From positions 1,514-65,513 of the forward strand of contig CAZKAT010000003.1 of NCBI GenBank assembly GCA_964551135.1: a stretch of 64,000 nt of DNA. Direction: 5' to 3'. The stretch is from an uncultured Gammaproteobacteria bacterium (GTDB lineage: Bacteria > Cyanobacteriota > Vampirovibrionia > LMEP-6097). Both the position numbers and the translations under genes were made by a program. The first letter of the stretch is position 1, and each line of letters starts with the position of its first letter. This document shows positions 9,125-19,900 of the stretch, piece after piece. The notes under the pieces were generated by a model. It ran no database searches, was not told where the DNA came from, and saw only the letters and a list, made by a program, of their open reading frames with translations.

Positions 9125-10768
9125 CTACCTATTTCTATCTATCGCGACTTTAACCAGGTCTAGATCAACATTAGTCATGATCTCAACTCTACCAATACTG
9201 GCTTTAGGGACAATAAATCTAGCCTTACCGTCTTCAACTTTTTTATCATATTTAAATGAATTAATTATATCTTTGGATTTAATATCTTCAGGCACTTTAT
9301 AAGTAAGTCCCAGTTGCTCCATTAAAGCTATTACCGCTTGAGTGTATTTAGACTTAAAGCAATTCAATTCTTCACCTAAGTAACATGCACAAATTACTCC
9401 AATAGCCACAGCTTCACCATGTGAATATCTCTTATAACCTGTAAGCTCTTCTATTGCATGCCCAAAAGTATGCCCCAGATTGAGATGCGCTCTGATGCCT
9501 TTCTCAGTCTCATCTTCAGCAACTACTCCAGCTTTAATTTTAAGACAATGATCTATCACTTCAGTAAGTACATCATGATCTCTATTATTAATCTGATCTA
9601 CATGACCTCGTACATATTCAAAAAAACTATCGCCAATAATATGATCCCATTGCATACCAAGTAAAGTATATTTCACGAGTTCACCTAAACCACATTTATA
9701 TTCTCTATCAGGTAAACTCTTGAGACAATTAACATCTATATGCACTAGATGCGGTTGATAAAAAGTACCAACTAAATTCTTGCCTTCAGGTACATTGATA
9801 GCAGTCTTACCACCTACAGAAGAATCAATCATAGAGAGCAATGTAGTAGGAACCTGCACATAATTAATACCTCGATAATAAGTTGAAGCAGCAAAACCCA
9901 CAGTATCACCAACAACGCCACCACCTAAAGCAAGTAAAGTATCCTTACGTTCGAATTTTAAAGCAAGGAGCTTTTGAATAATCAATTGATAAGTGAAAAA
10001 ATTCTTGGATTCTTCACCATCATCAATGATCATACTAGAGACCTTATATGACTCGCTTATGAGTTGATCTTTAAGCGTCTTAAGATAGTGCTTAGCGATT
10101 GGCTCCTGAGTCACAATGAAAACTTGCGAGCCAGGCTTAATAGTACTGAGATTTATTTTCTCTAGATCTTTATAGACAACCTTATAATCAGAATCAATTC
10201 TAGGAATCTTTATTTCAAGCTCTTGTATTTTAGGTTTACGTAAACCCAATGACTTAATGATTTCTAGGGCAATAACACTGATAGATTTATCAGTAGTGTC
10301 AATCTTAATATGACTATCCATATATGCTGGCTTACGCTCTTCCCATAGCTCCTCAAGAGTAGCTAATTGATCCTTACCCTTCAGTAAAGGACGATTCTTG
10401 CGGCGTTTAACACGATCATAGAGATCTGCCGGATCTGCGATTAAAGCAATCAAATGAGAACCCTTCTTAATAAGCTTACGGTTCTCATCATCAATAATGG
10501 CGCCACCACCAAGTGAAATGACCTGATTATCAACTTCAAGGACTTCTCTTACTAATTCTTTCTCTAGCTTACGAAAATATTTCTCACCATGTTCTTTAAA
10601 TATTTCATTGATAGTCGAACCTTCACGTGCTTCAATAAGGGCATCAGTATCTACGAAGTCTTTTTTCAATAAATACGCCAAATGACGGCCTATTGATGAC
10701 TTACCGCAGCCCATTAGGCCAGTAAGACTAATATTCTCATTATGATTCTTTAACTTAAGCTTAACCAT
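9125..10768 (-). CDS. aroKB: Bifunctional shikimate kinase / 3-dehydroquinate synthase (AroK-AroB fusion)
   Basis: 547 aa; N-terminal P-loop LMGCGKSSIGRHLA (shikimate kinase) followed by the dehydroquinate synthase region GGGVVGDTVGFAASTYYRGINYVQVPTTLLSMIDSSVGGKTAIN and HGEAVAIG. Confidence 0.85.
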   Translation of the reverse strand: MVKLKLKNHNENISLTGLMGCGKSSIGRHLAYLLKKDFVDTDALIEAREGSTINEIFKEHGEKYFRKLEKELVREVLEVDNQVISLGGGAIIDDENRKLIKKGSHLIALIADPADLYDRVKRRKNRPLLKGKDQLATLEELWEERKPAYMDSHIKIDTTDKSISVIALEIIKSLGLRKPKIQELEIKIPRIDSDYKVVYKDLEKINLSTIKPGSQVFIVTQEPIAKHYLKTLKDQLISESYKVSSMIIDDGEESKNFFTYQLIIQKLLALKFERKDTLLALGGGVVGDTVGFAASTYYRGINYVQVPTTLLSMIDSSVGGKTAINVPEGKNLVGTFYQPHLVHIDVNCLKSLPDREYKCGLGELVKYTLLGMQWDHIIGDSFFEYVRGHVDQINNRDHDVLTEVIDHCLKIKAGVVAEDETEKGIRAHLNLGHTFGHAIEELTGYKRYSHGEAVAIGVICACYLGEELNCFKSKYTQAVIALMEQLGLTYKVPEDIKSKDIINSFKYDKKVEDGKARFIVPKASIGRVEIMTNVDLDLVKVAIDRNR

Positions 10769-10940
10769 AGTTACTGTTGATTAATTGTGACATAAATTCA
10801 GGATTCTCATTTACCTGACTAGGGTTTTCGTACTAGACTAAAAGTTGAATTTTGCCAAATTGACTGCAGAGAATGCTCAGCTATCCGATAAACACATATA
10901 TAGCAATAGCAGATTTCATTAAGATTAGGAGAGAATAGCA

Positions 10941-11852
10941 ATGTTAGAACTCAACGCAGCAACCAAAAAAACACTTTTTACACTAGGCGTCGGTGCCTTT
11001 GGTAAGATGTCTGAATTAATTAAGGACACTGACTATCTCCCACAAAAGCCAGCATATTTATTTAAACTGCTAAGAATGGCATATTCCGTTGATATCAAAA
11101 ACAACGATATGGCACAAGAATTAACTAAAGACAAGGATGCAGTTGCACAAGTTCTCAATATTCCTTCTTTAAAAGATAACTATAATAGTATCGATCAAGA
11201 AGATATTGCTAATGCTATTTCTAATCTAGAAAGATCTTTTATTCAAAGTTCACTTGAAGTAGATTTTGCAAAAAAATATCATAGTGCTCTTGCTGATAGA
11301 TTAAATAATGATGCACAAAAAACTAAACTTAATCTTGCTCTTAAATCAGCTGTAATAGCTAAGTCTATTGCTAGATGGGTTGACTATCAGGATAAAGAAG
11401 TTGCATTCTTTGCTGCTTTACTTTCAGACTTACCTGCACAAGTGCTAAGTATTAATGATCCAGAATCACAAGAAAAAATAGATGACAAAATCAGCAAAGG
11501 TATGAGCGAAAAAGAAGCTGAAATGATAGTTCTTGGTTTTGATCATGCTGAGTTTGGAGCTAAATTACTTAAGTATTATTCAATGCCATCACCGGTAGTT
11601 GATTTAATACAAAATGATTTTAAAGCAGATAGAGTTAAACCTAAGAATGAGCAATTAGCTAAGATAGTTAACTTCTCTAAATTCTTAGCTAAATGTTTCT
11701 CTGATAGAACACAAACTCCTTCTAGCATTTGGCTTGAATCACAAAAATCCATTCAAAGTTTAGGATTAAATCTAAGCTCTGAGGAATGGGGTAATAAAAT
11801 TAGTCTTATGTTTGTTAAGGCTATCGAGTTTGAAATGTCTGTAACTGGTTAA
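10941..11852 (+). CDS. HDOD domain-containing signalling protein (degenerate)
   Basis: 303 aa; LGFDHAEFGAKLLKYYSMPSPVVDLIQ resembles the HDOD core (G-DH-E-G-LL--W-LP); the canonical HD residues appear degenerate. Confidence 0.5.
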   Translation: MLELNAATKKTLFTLGVGAFGKMSELIKDTDYLPQKPAYLFKLLRMAYSVDIKNNDMAQELTKDKDAVAQVLNIPSLKDNYNSIDQEDIANAISNLERSFIQSSLEVDFAKKYHSALADRLNNDAQKTKLNLALKSAVIAKSIARWVDYQDKEVAFFAALLSDLPAQVLSINDPESQEKIDDKISKGMSEKEAEMIVLGFDHAEFGAKLLKYYSMPSPVVDLIQNDFKADRVKPKNEQLAKIVNFSKFLAKCFSDRTQTPSSIWLESQKSIQSLGLNLSSEEWGNKISLMFVKAIEFEMSVTG

Positions 11853-11871
11853 TAGTGCTAAAATACGCCTT

Positions 11872-13311
11872 ATGGCAGTATTTTCCCAAGCTTCTAACTT
11901 ACATGATATTCACTTCGGTACCGATGGATGGCGAGCATTAATCGCTAAAGAGTTTACCTATAAAAACCTCAATATTTTCTTAGATGGATTAGCTAATTAT
12001 ATCCTTGAGAACTATGGCACCGATAAACCTTTAGTCATCAGTTATGACGCTAGATTTCTAGCCGATAAATTTGCGAAGTTTGCTTCTGAGATCATTAATT
12101 CTTGGGGCATTGATACTTTATGTACTGATCATCCTATACCGACACCAGTCGTAGCCTTTGCTGCTAAAGAATATAATTCATGCGGTGCTATAACCTTCAC
12201 TGCTAGTCATAACCCACCTGAGTACATGGGTATCAAATATATTCCAGAATACGCTGGTCCAGCTTCTAAAGCAATCACCGATGAAATCCTAGAACAAATA
12301 GAACTGGCTGCTCAAGGTGAACTAGTTAAGAGTGGTAAACAAGGTTCTAGCAGTGTCATCAATCCTAGAGAAGCTTATTTCGCTAAGATCAGAACCTTAG
12401 TAAACTTCGACGCTATCAAAGCAGCTAATCAAAAATCTAAAACTAAACTAATCTATGACCCGCTCTACGGCTGTGGTCGCAATTACACTAATAGATTATT
12501 AGAAGAAGCTGGTTTTCAAGTAGAAACCTTACACGATATTCATGATCCGACTTTCGGTGGTTCTATGCCAGATCCGAAAGAAAGCATATTACAAGAATTA
12601 AAAGCACGCATCATTAGTACTGGAGCTAATCTGGGAGCTGCTAATGATGGAGACTCTGATAGATTTGCATTTATGGATGAAGTAGGGAATTTTTATCCTG
12701 CTAATAAATCATTGCCAATTATTCTTAAATACTTAATTGAGAACCGTGGTTACAAGGGAGTGGTAGCGCGTACTGTAGCCACTACTCACTTACTAGATGA
12801 TGTAGCACATAAGCATGGATTTAATGTGATCGAAACAGCAGTAGGTTTCAAATGGCTTTGTGAAATCATGCGCAGAGAACCAACAATACTATGTGCTGAA
12901 GAATCAGGCGGTATGAGCATACTGGGACACATCCCAGAGAAGGATGGCATACTTGCTATCTTACTTATGGCAGAAGTTTTAGCTATCACTGGCAAGAAAC
13001 TTTCTCAATTATGGACAGAGGTACAGGAGTTTGTTGGTAAAAATTATTTTTATGATAGTTTAAATCTACACCTAGAAGGTGATGCTAAACAAGCTTTCAT
13101 GGATAAGTTTAATGATCCAAATCTAAAAGAAATCGCTAGCTTTAAAGTTCTTAATGTCGACAAGACTGAAGGTGTGAAGATCTATTTAGAACAAGGTACT
13201 TGGTTACTAGCCCGTCCTAGTGGTACAGAAGCCATGTGCAGAGTATATTTCGAGGGCAATGATAAGGCTATTCTAGATACTGTGGTTAAAGCAGTAAGTA
13301 ATATGATTTAA
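11872..13311 (+). CDS. Alpha-D-phosphohexomutase family enzyme (phosphoglucomutase/phosphomannomutase-like)
   Basis: 479 aa; GTDGWRALI N-terminus, catalytic-serine loop TASHNPPEYMG, metal-binding GANDGDSDR and sugar-binding EESGG motifs. Confidence 0.8.
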   Translation: MAVFSQASNLHDIHFGTDGWRALIAKEFTYKNLNIFLDGLANYILENYGTDKPLVISYDARFLADKFAKFASEIINSWGIDTLCTDHPIPTPVVAFAAKEYNSCGAITFTASHNPPEYMGIKYIPEYAGPASKAITDEILEQIELAAQGELVKSGKQGSSSVINPREAYFAKIRTLVNFDAIKAANQKSKTKLIYDPLYGCGRNYTNRLLEEAGFQVETLHDIHDPTFGGSMPDPKESILQELKARIISTGANLGAANDGDSDRFAFMDEVGNFYPANKSLPIILKYLIENRGYKGVVARTVATTHLLDDVAHKHGFNVIETAVGFKWLCEIMRREPTILCAEESGGMSILGHIPEKDGILAILLMAEVLAITGKKLSQLWTEVQEFVGKNYFYDSLNLHLEGDAKQAFMDKFNDPNLKEIASFKVLNVDKTEGVKIYLEQGTWLLARPSGTEAMCRVYFEGNDKAILDTVVKAVSNMI

Positions 13312-13326
13312 CTGGACAACTAAAAA

Positions 13327-13611
13327 ATGGACTGGAAAGATTTAAAAATTACCAGATATTTTCAAGAGCAGGTCTTAAAGAAGAGACCTTATTTAAAGCC
13401 AGAGTGGTGCTTAGCTCTTATGAAGGATAAAAGATACAGCGAAATACAAGAAGATGGTAGAATTCGTTTATGGGGTTATATTGAAGAAGAGAATAAATAT
13501 CTTCGATTGGTTCTGTTAGAAGACGGTCAAACTGTACATAATGCGTTTTTTGATAGAGATTTTAATGAGAAGGAGATGAACTATGAAGTTCCGTTATTAC
13601 CAAGAGACTGA
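13327..13611 (+). CDS. DUF4258-like small protein (putative toxin of a type II TA pair)
   Basis: 94 aa; pattern DGRIRLWGY...YLRLVLLEDGQTVHNAFFDRD matches the DUF4258 core; overlaps the downstream DUF2283-like ORF by 29 nt. Confidence 0.45.
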   Translation: MDWKDLKITRYFQEQVLKKRPYLKPEWCLALMKDKRYSEIQEDGRIRLWGYIEEENKYLRLVLLEDGQTVHNAFFDRDFNEKEMNYEVPLLPRD

Positions 13612-13813
13612 TTCACTGTATATAGACTTAGCTTTAAAAACAAGTTCAGAATCCATCGAAATCTCACCCGGCATAGTTGTTGACTATGATAAAGAAGGGG
13701 ATATCGTAGGTATCGATATAGATCAAGCTAGTACAAAAGTTGACATGTCTATTCTTGAAGCCGACTCACTACCATTTGGAAATTTATCAATTAAAAAAGA
13801 TACTGATGCTTAA
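13583..13813 (+). CDS. DUF2283-like small protein (putative antitoxin)
   Basis: 76 aa; MKFRYYQETDSLYIDL...GIVVDYDKEGDIVGIDID matches the DUF2283 consensus (MKIxYDxExDxLYI ... DxDxxGxIVGIEI). Confidence 0.55.
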   Translation: MKFRYYQETDSLYIDLALKTSSESIEISPGIVVDYDKEGDIVGIDIDQASTKVDMSILEADSLPFGNLSIKKDTDA

Positions 13814-14993
13814 GACTTCTAACTCAATTCTCAACAAAGCCCTAGAAGGCAAGTGCATTAGCGAAGCTGAGGCTGTAGAACTTTTCTATAAAGCTTCACC
13901 ACTAGATCTAGCTTATACCGCTAACGTATTGCGTGAGCGCAAACACGCTAACACTGAACCAACTACTTATGTAGTACAGCGCAATATTAATTACTCAAAT
14001 GTCTGCACTGCTAATTGCACTTTCTGTGCCTTTTATACACCACCATCTGATCCTAACCCTAAAAATCCCGCTTATGTTTTAGATTACGAAACACAAATGA
14101 AACCCAAGATAGAAGAATTAATCGCTATCAACGGCACAGAGATCTTACTACAAGGCGGTCACAATCCAGCTCTTGGCGTAGAATACTATACAGATTTATT
14201 CCAAAGAATTAAGCAAGATTTTCCTGGTATTACACTTCACGCTCTAAGTCCAGCAGAGATAATTCATATCACTGAGAAGAGAATTACTCCTGCAGAAGAT
14301 TATGGTGATGGTACTAATCGCAAGAGTATTAAAGCTCCTAATATGCAAGAGGTGAAAGAAACTTTACTCGCGCTTAAAGCAGCTGGCATGGATTCACTAC
14401 CAGGAGCAGGTGCTGAAGTATTAGTAGAATCTGTACGTAAGATTATTGCTCCGCTGAAGATTACTACTGAAACTTGGCTCAATGTTATGGAAACCGCTCA
14501 CAGTATAGGATTCCGTTCATCTGCAACTATGATGTACGGGCATGTGGAAACTTACGAAGATAGAGTAGAGCATTTCAGAACCTTGCGTGAATTACAAGAT
14601 CGTACTCACGGGTTCACGGCTTTCGTTACTTGGAACTTTCAACGCGGCGACACTCCGCTCGGTAAAATCATGGACTCAATGGAGAAACAAGGTAAATTGC
14701 CTGCTTATAACTCAAACTCTGGCGGCGAAGATTATTTACGTACTACTGCTATCGCTAGAATCTACTTAGATAATTTCGAGAATTTTCAAGCAAGCTGGGT
14801 AACTCAGGGGCATCAATTAGGACAAGTATCTCTTGCGTTTGGATGTAATGATTTAGGCGGTAATATGATGGAAGAGAACGTAGTCTCGGCTGCTAACACC
14901 ACTCATAAAGCCAGTGTTAATGAAATGCGCTACTATATTGAGGCTGCTGGCAAGCAAGCTCATCAGCGAGATACGCAGTATAATTTAGTTTGA
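13806..14993 (+). CDS. Radical SAM enzyme of the MqnC/MqnE/CofH family (probable futalosine-pathway menaquinone biosynthesis)
   Basis: CX3CX2C radical SAM motif (CTANCTFC); ILLQGGHNP, MMYGHVET...HGFTAFVTWNFQ and GCNDLGGNMMEENVVSAA blocks typical of this family. Start placed at ATG 13806 (MLKTSN...), which overlaps the upstream stop by 8 nt; the track start 13740 would overlap the upstream gene by 74 nt. Confidence 0.65.
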   Translation: MLKTSNSILNKALEGKCISEAEAVELFYKASPLDLAYTANVLRERKHANTEPTTYVVQRNINYSNVCTANCTFCAFYTPPSDPNPKNPAYVLDYETQMKPKIEELIAINGTEILLQGGHNPALGVEYYTDLFQRIKQDFPGITLHALSPAEIIHITEKRITPAEDYGDGTNRKSIKAPNMQEVKETLLALKAAGMDSLPGAGAEVLVESVRKIIAPLKITTETWLNVMETAHSIGFRSSATMMYGHVETYEDRVEHFRTLRELQDRTHGFTAFVTWNFQRGDTPLGKIMDSMEKQGKLPAYNSNSGGEDYLRTTAIARIYLDNFENFQASWVTQGHQLGQVSLAFGCNDLGGNMMEENVVSAANTTHKASVNEMRYYIEAAGKQAHQRDTQYNLV

Positions 14994-14994
14994 T

Positions 14995-16086
14995 ATGTAC
15001 CAAGGCACCATTCTTAAATATTCCGAGTACCTTTCTGTTGATAATCGCACACCGATTATTAGCATTAACGAAGGTCAGACTCCACTAGTACCAGCGCCGC
15101 ATATTGCCAAGCTCACTAGCGTACCAGGTCTGAAGGTTTATCTCAAAATAGAAGGACTCAATCCTACTGGTTCTTTTAAAGATCGTGGTATGACCATGGC
15201 TGTTTCTAAAGCTGTAGAAAAAGGTGCTAAGCGTATCATCTGTGCTAGCACTGGCAACACTTCCGCTTCAGCAGCAGCTTACGCAGCACGCGCTAGGGGA
15301 TTAGGTTACGAGCTAGATTGCTATGTGATTATTCCTGCAGGTTACGTTGCACTCGGCAAACTTTCTCAGGCAATGATTTATGGAGCGAAAGTTATACAGA
15401 TAGAAGGTAACTTCGATGCTGCTCTGAATATAGTAAAAGATCTTTCTAGTAACTATCCTATAGAGCTAGTGAACTCTATTAACCCTTATCGTATAGAAGG
15501 ACAGAAAACATCTGCTTATGAAATCTGTGACGAACTAGAAGCAGCTCCTGACTATCTCTGCATCCCCGTAGGTAATGCTGGTAACATTACCGCTTATTGG
15601 GCAGGTTTCAAGGACTATATCAAGAACCCAACAGCAAGACCTAAGATGTATGGCTTCCAAGCAGAAGGTGCAGCGCCAATAGTGAAAGGTCATATTATCG
15701 ATAAACCTGAAACAGTTGGAACAGCAATCCGCATCGGCAATCCAGCTAGCTGGAAACAAGCTGAAGCTGCGCGTGATGAATCTCAAGGACTTATAGACTC
15801 TGTTACTGATGATGAGATGCTTGAAGCTTACCGCATTATCCATGCTTCAGAAGGTTATGCTTGCGAACCTGCTTCTGCAGCGAGTGTCGCAGGTCTACTC
15901 AAAGCCGCTCGTCAAGGCAAGATCATTCCTGAATCTACCGTAGTCTGTGTGCTTACTGGTAACGGACTTAAAGATCCTAAGACTGCAATAGATCAGTCAG
16001 ATTTCAAATCAGCAGAGATAGTTTATAAAGCAGATATAAATGAGATAGCAAAAGCGCTATCGTTAGGTTCAGCATTGAAAGCTTAA
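14995..16086 (+). CDS. thrC: Threonine synthase
   Basis: 363 aa; PLP-lysine motif GSFKDRGMT and overall beta-family PLP enzyme layout matching threonine synthase. Confidence 0.85.
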   Translation: MYQGTILKYSEYLSVDNRTPIISINEGQTPLVPAPHIAKLTSVPGLKVYLKIEGLNPTGSFKDRGMTMAVSKAVEKGAKRIICASTGNTSASAAAYAARARGLGYELDCYVIIPAGYVALGKLSQAMIYGAKVIQIEGNFDAALNIVKDLSSNYPIELVNSINPYRIEGQKTSAYEICDELEAAPDYLCIPVGNAGNITAYWAGFKDYIKNPTARPKMYGFQAEGAAPIVKGHIIDKPETVGTAIRIGNPASWKQAEAARDESQGLIDSVTDDEMLEAYRIIHASEGYACEPASAASVAGLLKAARQGKIIPESTVVCVLTGNGLKDPKTAIDQSDFKSAEIVYKADINEIAKALSLGSALKA

Positions 16087-16090
16087 TCTT

Positions 16091-16888
16091 TTAAAACAGC
16101 AATAAAAATATTGCCAAAACCACCCGGTAGACAATAAAGCCCATTAAATTGTGGTTTTTGAGGAATTTGATCATGAAATCTATAGCTAAATAGCCAACAA
16201 TAAAACTTGTTATAAATCCCAAAAATAAGGGAATAATACTAGAATCAGAGTTTAATCCACCTTCAGCTAAATCTTTTAGTGCTAATAATCCTGCGCCGGC
16301 CACTGCAGGCAAACCTACCAAAAACGAAAATCTTGCAGCAGAGTCTCTACTTAGACCAGTAAATAAACCTGCAGATATAGTTGATCCAGAACGTGATACT
16401 CCTGGGAAAAGTGCAAGTGTTTGCATTAGACCCACGAAAAATATTTCTTTAATTGATAGATCTTCTATAGGCTTGTGTTCTTGACGCTTCTTAGTAAAAG
16501 CATCAGCACAGTACATCAAGACTGAACCGAGTAATAGAGTTATAACTATAGACATAGTAGACCTAATCATCTCAGATCCCCAGAACGCCTTGAAGCCAAA
16601 ACCAATAGCTATCACTGGTATAGTCGCTATCAAAATACCGATAGCAAGTTTACGTTCTGTAGGATTGTTAGAGATGAAACTCTTAAACATCACCAATACT
16701 TCCTTACGAAAATAAATTAGCGTTGCTGCAAGAGTTCCTAAATGCAAGAAAGCATCTACATCTAAGCCTGGGTCACAAAAGCCACAAAGCTTAGGAGCTA
16801 TTACTAAGTGAGCCGAGCTACTAATAGGTAAGAATTCTGTGAGTCCTTGGATAACAGCAAGTATAATTATTTCAATATATTTTTCCAT
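16091..16888 (-). CDS. uppP: Undecaprenyl-diphosphate phosphatase
   Basis: 265 aa polytopic membrane protein; N-terminal GLTEFLPISSSAHL motif characteristic of UppP/BacA. Confidence 0.85.
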   Translation of the reverse strand: MEKYIEIIILAVIQGLTEFLPISSSAHLVIAPKLCGFCDPGLDVDAFLHLGTLAATLIYFRKEVLVMFKSFISNNPTERKLAIGILIATIPVIAIGFGFKAFWGSEMIRSTMSIVITLLLGSVLMYCADAFTKKRQEHKPIEDLSIKEIFFVGLMQTLALFPGVSRSGSTISAGLFTGLSRDSAARFSFLVGLPAVAGAGLLALKDLAEGGLNSDSSIIPLFLGFITSFIVGYLAIDFMIKFLKNHNLMGFIVYRVVLAIFLLLF

Positions 16889-16901
16889 AATAAAATTATA
16901 T

Positions 16902-19900
16902 CTAGATACAAGCTCCAGCGGCTACAAGTCCAACCCAACTAGAACCATCAAAGAAGCATAATTCATTCGTATCAGAATCTACGTAAATATCTCCCAGAGA
17001 AGGCGAACTTGGTGCCGCTGACCTTGGTTCCAAACGCATAAGATCAGAAATATGAACAGTTCGCTGTGGAATATTAGTACCAACTCCTAATCGTTTATTC
17101 ACATTGTCCCAATATAAACTAGATTGGTCTTCAATAAGCACACCAGAAGTATTTGAGAATAATATTGAACCATTAGTAAAGTTACCGTCTAAATTAGCAC
17201 CATTAATAGTTGTGGCCTTAACAGTTGTGATATTACCCGTAGTAAAATTAGCTGTAACACCATTAATTTGTGCAGTTGCATTGATAGTACCAGTAACATC
17301 AAGAGCAGTTGCTGGGCTGGATTGATTTATACCAATCTTAACAGCGGAAGTATCTACATAGAGTTGATCGGTGTTAACAGCAAAATCTCCAGTAGTTGAA
17401 AGAGATACGTTTAAGTTAGTACCTGCTCCTGGGGTGATAGTCATGGCACCAGTACCAGTGAAAATAGTTGAAGCACCATCAAAACTTATATTAGGATCTG
17501 CAATAGAAACTGTCGTACTATTAATATCCAAAGGTGCATCCGCAGCCACAGTAAGAGTTTTACTAGCTTTAGTAAAACTCAATGCACCATTGCCTCCTAG
17601 AGCACTACTATCATTGAATTGAAAATTAGTATTAGCTCCTGCTGCCACAAACGATACACTACCATTAGTTAAATTATATTTAGTGCCACCATCATCCATA
17701 AAGTAAAGCTTAGAGTTAGCGGTATTAACATAGATCTGACCAAAGTTACTGATAGCGGTTCCAGGTGCAGCAACCTCATATAGAGCGGTAATACCATTGA
17801 CAGTAAGCAGAGCATCAGCATTAGTAGTACCCACTCCTAATCTATTAGCTGTTCTATTCCAGTAGAGTTTAGAATTATTCTGACTAATTATCCCAATATT
17901 ATTAGAGAAAAGTATGGAACCGTTAGTGAAATTACCATCTAAGTTAGCACCGTTTATAGTTGTAGAGTTAACCGTAGTTATATTGCCAGTAGTAGCTCCC
18001 ACGGTTGTAGCATTAACAGTAGTTATATTACCAGTAGTAGCTCCCACGGTTGTAGCATTAACAGTAGTTATATTAGCAGTAGTACCTGTATAGGTTCCTA
18101 CATAAGCGTTTGCAAAGCGAATTGCATTGGAACCTAAATCATATAACGCGTTACCATTAGGACCAATATTACCTACTACTTGTAATTTAAAACTACTAGG
18201 CAAGCTAGTTCCTATTCCTACATTCTGCGCAAAATATCCATTCTTAGTTACATGAAGATCACCTACGACATCCAAGTTATAAGCAGGAGTATTAGTTCCA
18301 ATTCCAAGTCTATTAAAAGCATCATCCCAAAAAAAGGATACTTCATCTGCATTAAAGGAACCTGGCGTAAGTCCTCTGAATTGAATTGCACCAGGGATAG
18401 TTCCCTGTGATGTATCAGATCCATTATTGACCACATTTACATTTGCCCAGTAAGCAAAGCCACTAGCATCAGTAGTGAGTACATAACCTACAGTTGCACC
18501 ATCCCTCATGGTAATTCCATTTGTAGTTAATAAACCTCTTACTTCTAATTTACTAGCTGGAGTATTAGTACCAATTCCCATTCTATTATTAGCACTATTC
18601 CAATAAACTTGAGAATTATTTTGGCTTATAGCTCCAGCAACATTTGAAAATAGAAGTGAGCCATTGGTAAAATTCAAATCAACTGTGTTGATATAAGCAT
18701 TTGCAAAGCGAGTTGTGTTTGTACCTAAATCATATAAAGCACTAGCATCAGGTCCAATACTACCTGCTACTTGCAATTTAAAACTACTTGGCGTAGCAGT
18801 CCCGATTCCAACATTAGTAGCGCTGGTATCTACATAAAGATGATTAGTGTTAACAGCAAAATCTCCAGTAGTAGCAAGAGACACATTTAAATTAGTACCA
18901 GCACCTGGAGTAATAGTCATAGCACCGGTCCCAGTGAAAGTAGTTGAAGCTCCATCAAAAGCAATATTAGTATCTGCAATAGAAACAGTTGTACTATTTA
19001 TGTCTAAAGGCGCATCAGCAGGGACAGTTAGAGTTTTACTTGCTTTAGTAAATGTTAGAGCTCCATTACCACCAAGAGCATTATTATCATTAAATTGAAA
19101 ATAAGTATTAGCTCCAGCTACCGTAGAAGCACTACCATTAGTTAGGCTGTAAACCACACCACTATCATCTTTAAAATACAATCTAGAGTTCGTAGAATTT
19201 ACATAAACTTGTCCAAAGTTACTCATTGTACTTGGCACTGTAGTTTTAAATAAAGCCAAAACCCCATTAATAGTCAGCATGGCATCAGCATTACTGGTTC
19301 CAACTCCTAATCTAGAATTAGTTCTATCCCAATAAAGCTTAGAATTGTTTTGAGAAATTACACCAGCAGCATTTGAAAACAGAAGCGAACCATTACTAAA
19401 GTCACCATCAAAGCTAGTCGTAGTACCGTTAAAAATACCAGAGACAATGACGTTAGTAAAGCTTGCATTAACACCATTCACAGAGCCAGATGAAAGAACC
19501 TTAGTTAAATTAGCAGTAGTACCATTAATATTAGTAGTAGATAAAACTTTATTGCTAGTGATAGTGCCGCTTAAATTTGCAGCAGTACCATTGAAATTAG
19601 TAGCTAAAACTGTACCTGCAATATAAGCATCATCATCTACCTCAAGATCATCGGCGGCAATAATATCACCAACACCATTTATAAAAGTAGCAATTCCTCC
19701 TCCTACATCTAATTGAGCTGCAGGACTACTGTCACCAATGGCTACCATATTAGTTGATCCTTGCGCAAAAATCAGATGAGTTTGACTGCTTCCTTCTACT
19801 CTAAAATTCACTGAATTAGCAGCTTCATTGAAAATTGCTCCACCATTAGCATTCAATATGATATCTGCTCCAGTTATAGTAGTACCTCCTATAACTGCAC

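Noticed and set aside
13740-13805. Upstream extension of the radical SAM ORF to the track start at 13740
   Set aside because: Would overlap the DUF2283-like gene by 74 nt; the ATG at 13806 gives a 4-nt coupling overlap and retains all conserved motifs.
17950-18090. Possible CRISPR array suggested by perfect short tandem repeats
   Set aside because: The repeats are contiguous with no spacers, are multiples of 3 and lie in frame inside a coding region; no cas genes nearby.
17104-19098. Plus-strand ORFs 17104..17325, 17371..17622 and 18847..19098 (the latter two near-identical)
   Set aside because: Antisense to the 1431-aa collagen-like gene; their near-identity simply mirrors the internal direct repeat of that gene rather than indicating duplicated genes.
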